Assembly (NCBI GenBank): GCA_964248365.1
Contig: CAXTYC010000059.1
Span: 1-17,535, forward strand
Reading direction: 5' to 3'
DNA from: an uncultured Chroococcidiopsis sp.
GTDB taxonomy: Bacteria; Cyanobacteriota; Cyanobacteriia; Cyanobacteriales; Chroococcidiopsidaceae
DNA: 17,535 nt
Shown here: positions 16,686-17,535 of the stretch, one piece after another
How the letters are laid out: every line of letters starts with the position of its first letter
How positions within the stretch are numbered: position 1 is the first letter of the stretch
Position numbers and translations under genes: made by a program
The notes under the pieces: model-generated
Seen by the model: the letters and a program-made list of their open reading frames with translations, nothing else
The model's database searches: none
What the model was told of the DNA's origin: nothing

Positions 16686-17255
16686 GTGAAAAGCGATCGC
16701 TATGGACAATCCGAGCGATTGTCACCAGAACAGCTCACCCGACTATTCAATGAGGGATTATTGCTCCCCAGGGATAGGGCATTGTTCGGGGTCTGCCTCT
16801 ACACAGCCTGCCGCATCAATGAAGCTTGTACCCTGCTAACAACTGACGTGATGGGGATTAAGGGAATTAGAGACAAGATTCTCATCCGCAGCATCAACAC
16901 CAAAGGCAAGCAGGACACCAGGGAAATCCAGATTCACCCCAAGCTTAAGGGCTATTTAGAGGCGTACCAGCCTGACATCAAAAAGGAACATCTGTTTCCT
17001 GGTCGGCATGGTCGGGGGCATATTCATAAGGCCAGTGCTGACAAGATTCTTTGAGATGCCTGCCGCCGTGTGGGACTGGAAGGGGTCAGTACCCACAGCT
17101 TTAGACGTACTGCCCTCACCCAGATGCACAACTTAGGTGTCCCCATGCGGCATATTCAATCCATCTCCGGGCATCGCACCTTAGCCGCTCTAGCCCGTTA
17201 CCTGGATGTGACGGAGGAGCAAAAGCAGAGTGCGATCTTCTCTCTCAACTTCTGA
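16686..17255 (+). pseudogene. Short tyrosine recombinase (phage integrase family) with one in-frame stop
   Basis: ORFs 16686-17054 and 17070-17255 share a frame and are separated only by TGA at 17052-17054. The joined 189-aa product has R ('ACRINE'), K ('TKGK'), HxxR ('HSFRRT'), H ('SGH') and Y ('RYL'). Confidence 0.9.
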
Positions 17256-17535
17256 GCAACTGTCCAGCGTTAAGCAGTGTTAGTTATTGGGTTTTGAGCG
17301 GTGAGTAAATTAGGCAAATCTTCATTGCTTTCTACCGCATCTAAATTATTCCTAAATCACACCCTAGCCTCATTCCATAGAAGTTTCAGCATCAGCTGAG
17401 GTTTACTTACACGAATTTTGACCGAACTTTATCAGCTGTAAGGAGTGTTCAAACCTTTTAGACTTGACACAAGACAATATGGTAATCCTGAATAAGTAAG
17501 GATAGATAGCTCTAAAGCCGTAGCAATTCATTGTA

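Larger units (their letters stand above)
1442..16700. repeat. HIP1 octamers (GCGATCGC), dispersed
   Basis: Perfect copies start at 1442, 2988, 3446, 4222, 8150, 9950, 10319, 10541, 11050, 12901, 15259, 16239 and 16693 (counted by eye). HIP1 over-representation is a cyanobacterial hallmark. Confidence 0.9.

Noticed and set aside
17052..17054. Selenocysteine or programmed read-through at the recombinase TGA
   Set aside because: It is not a catalytic Cys position and nothing else supports recoding. A point mutation is simpler.
17256..17535. Terminal AT-rich stretch
   Set aside because: No ORF, RNA gene or convincing repeat that I can support.

Overview
Cyanobacterial DNA, probably Nostocales and possibly plasmid or another accessory region: I count 13 perfect HIP1 sites (GCGATCGC), plus STRR-like and MITE-like repeats. 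The core is a co-directional minus-strand cluster. In order it encodes a sigma-70-like/HTH regulator (14744-16165), a DUF1822-like protein, a membrane CHAT protease fused to a CHASE2 sensor, a secreted DUF928-like protein, a filamentous haemagglutinin-like TpsA protein (split by a 1-bp frameshift) and a secreted TPR-CHAT protease. Both CHAT domains keep their His/Cys dyad, which suggests a trans-envelope proteolytic signalling cascade (inference). The cluster looks chimeric. A ~445-bp junction (DUF928-like 3' end, intergenic DNA, FHA 5' end) is present twice, 1800 bp apart, around a small secreted-protein gene and a decayed IS6. The left flank is a dead IS4/IS50-like element carrying two different 103-bp MITEs. 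The right flank is a tyrosine recombinase gene with one nonsense codon, preceded by a loxP-like 12-8-12 site and two related accessory dyads. All domain calls come from motif recognition by eye, not database searches.
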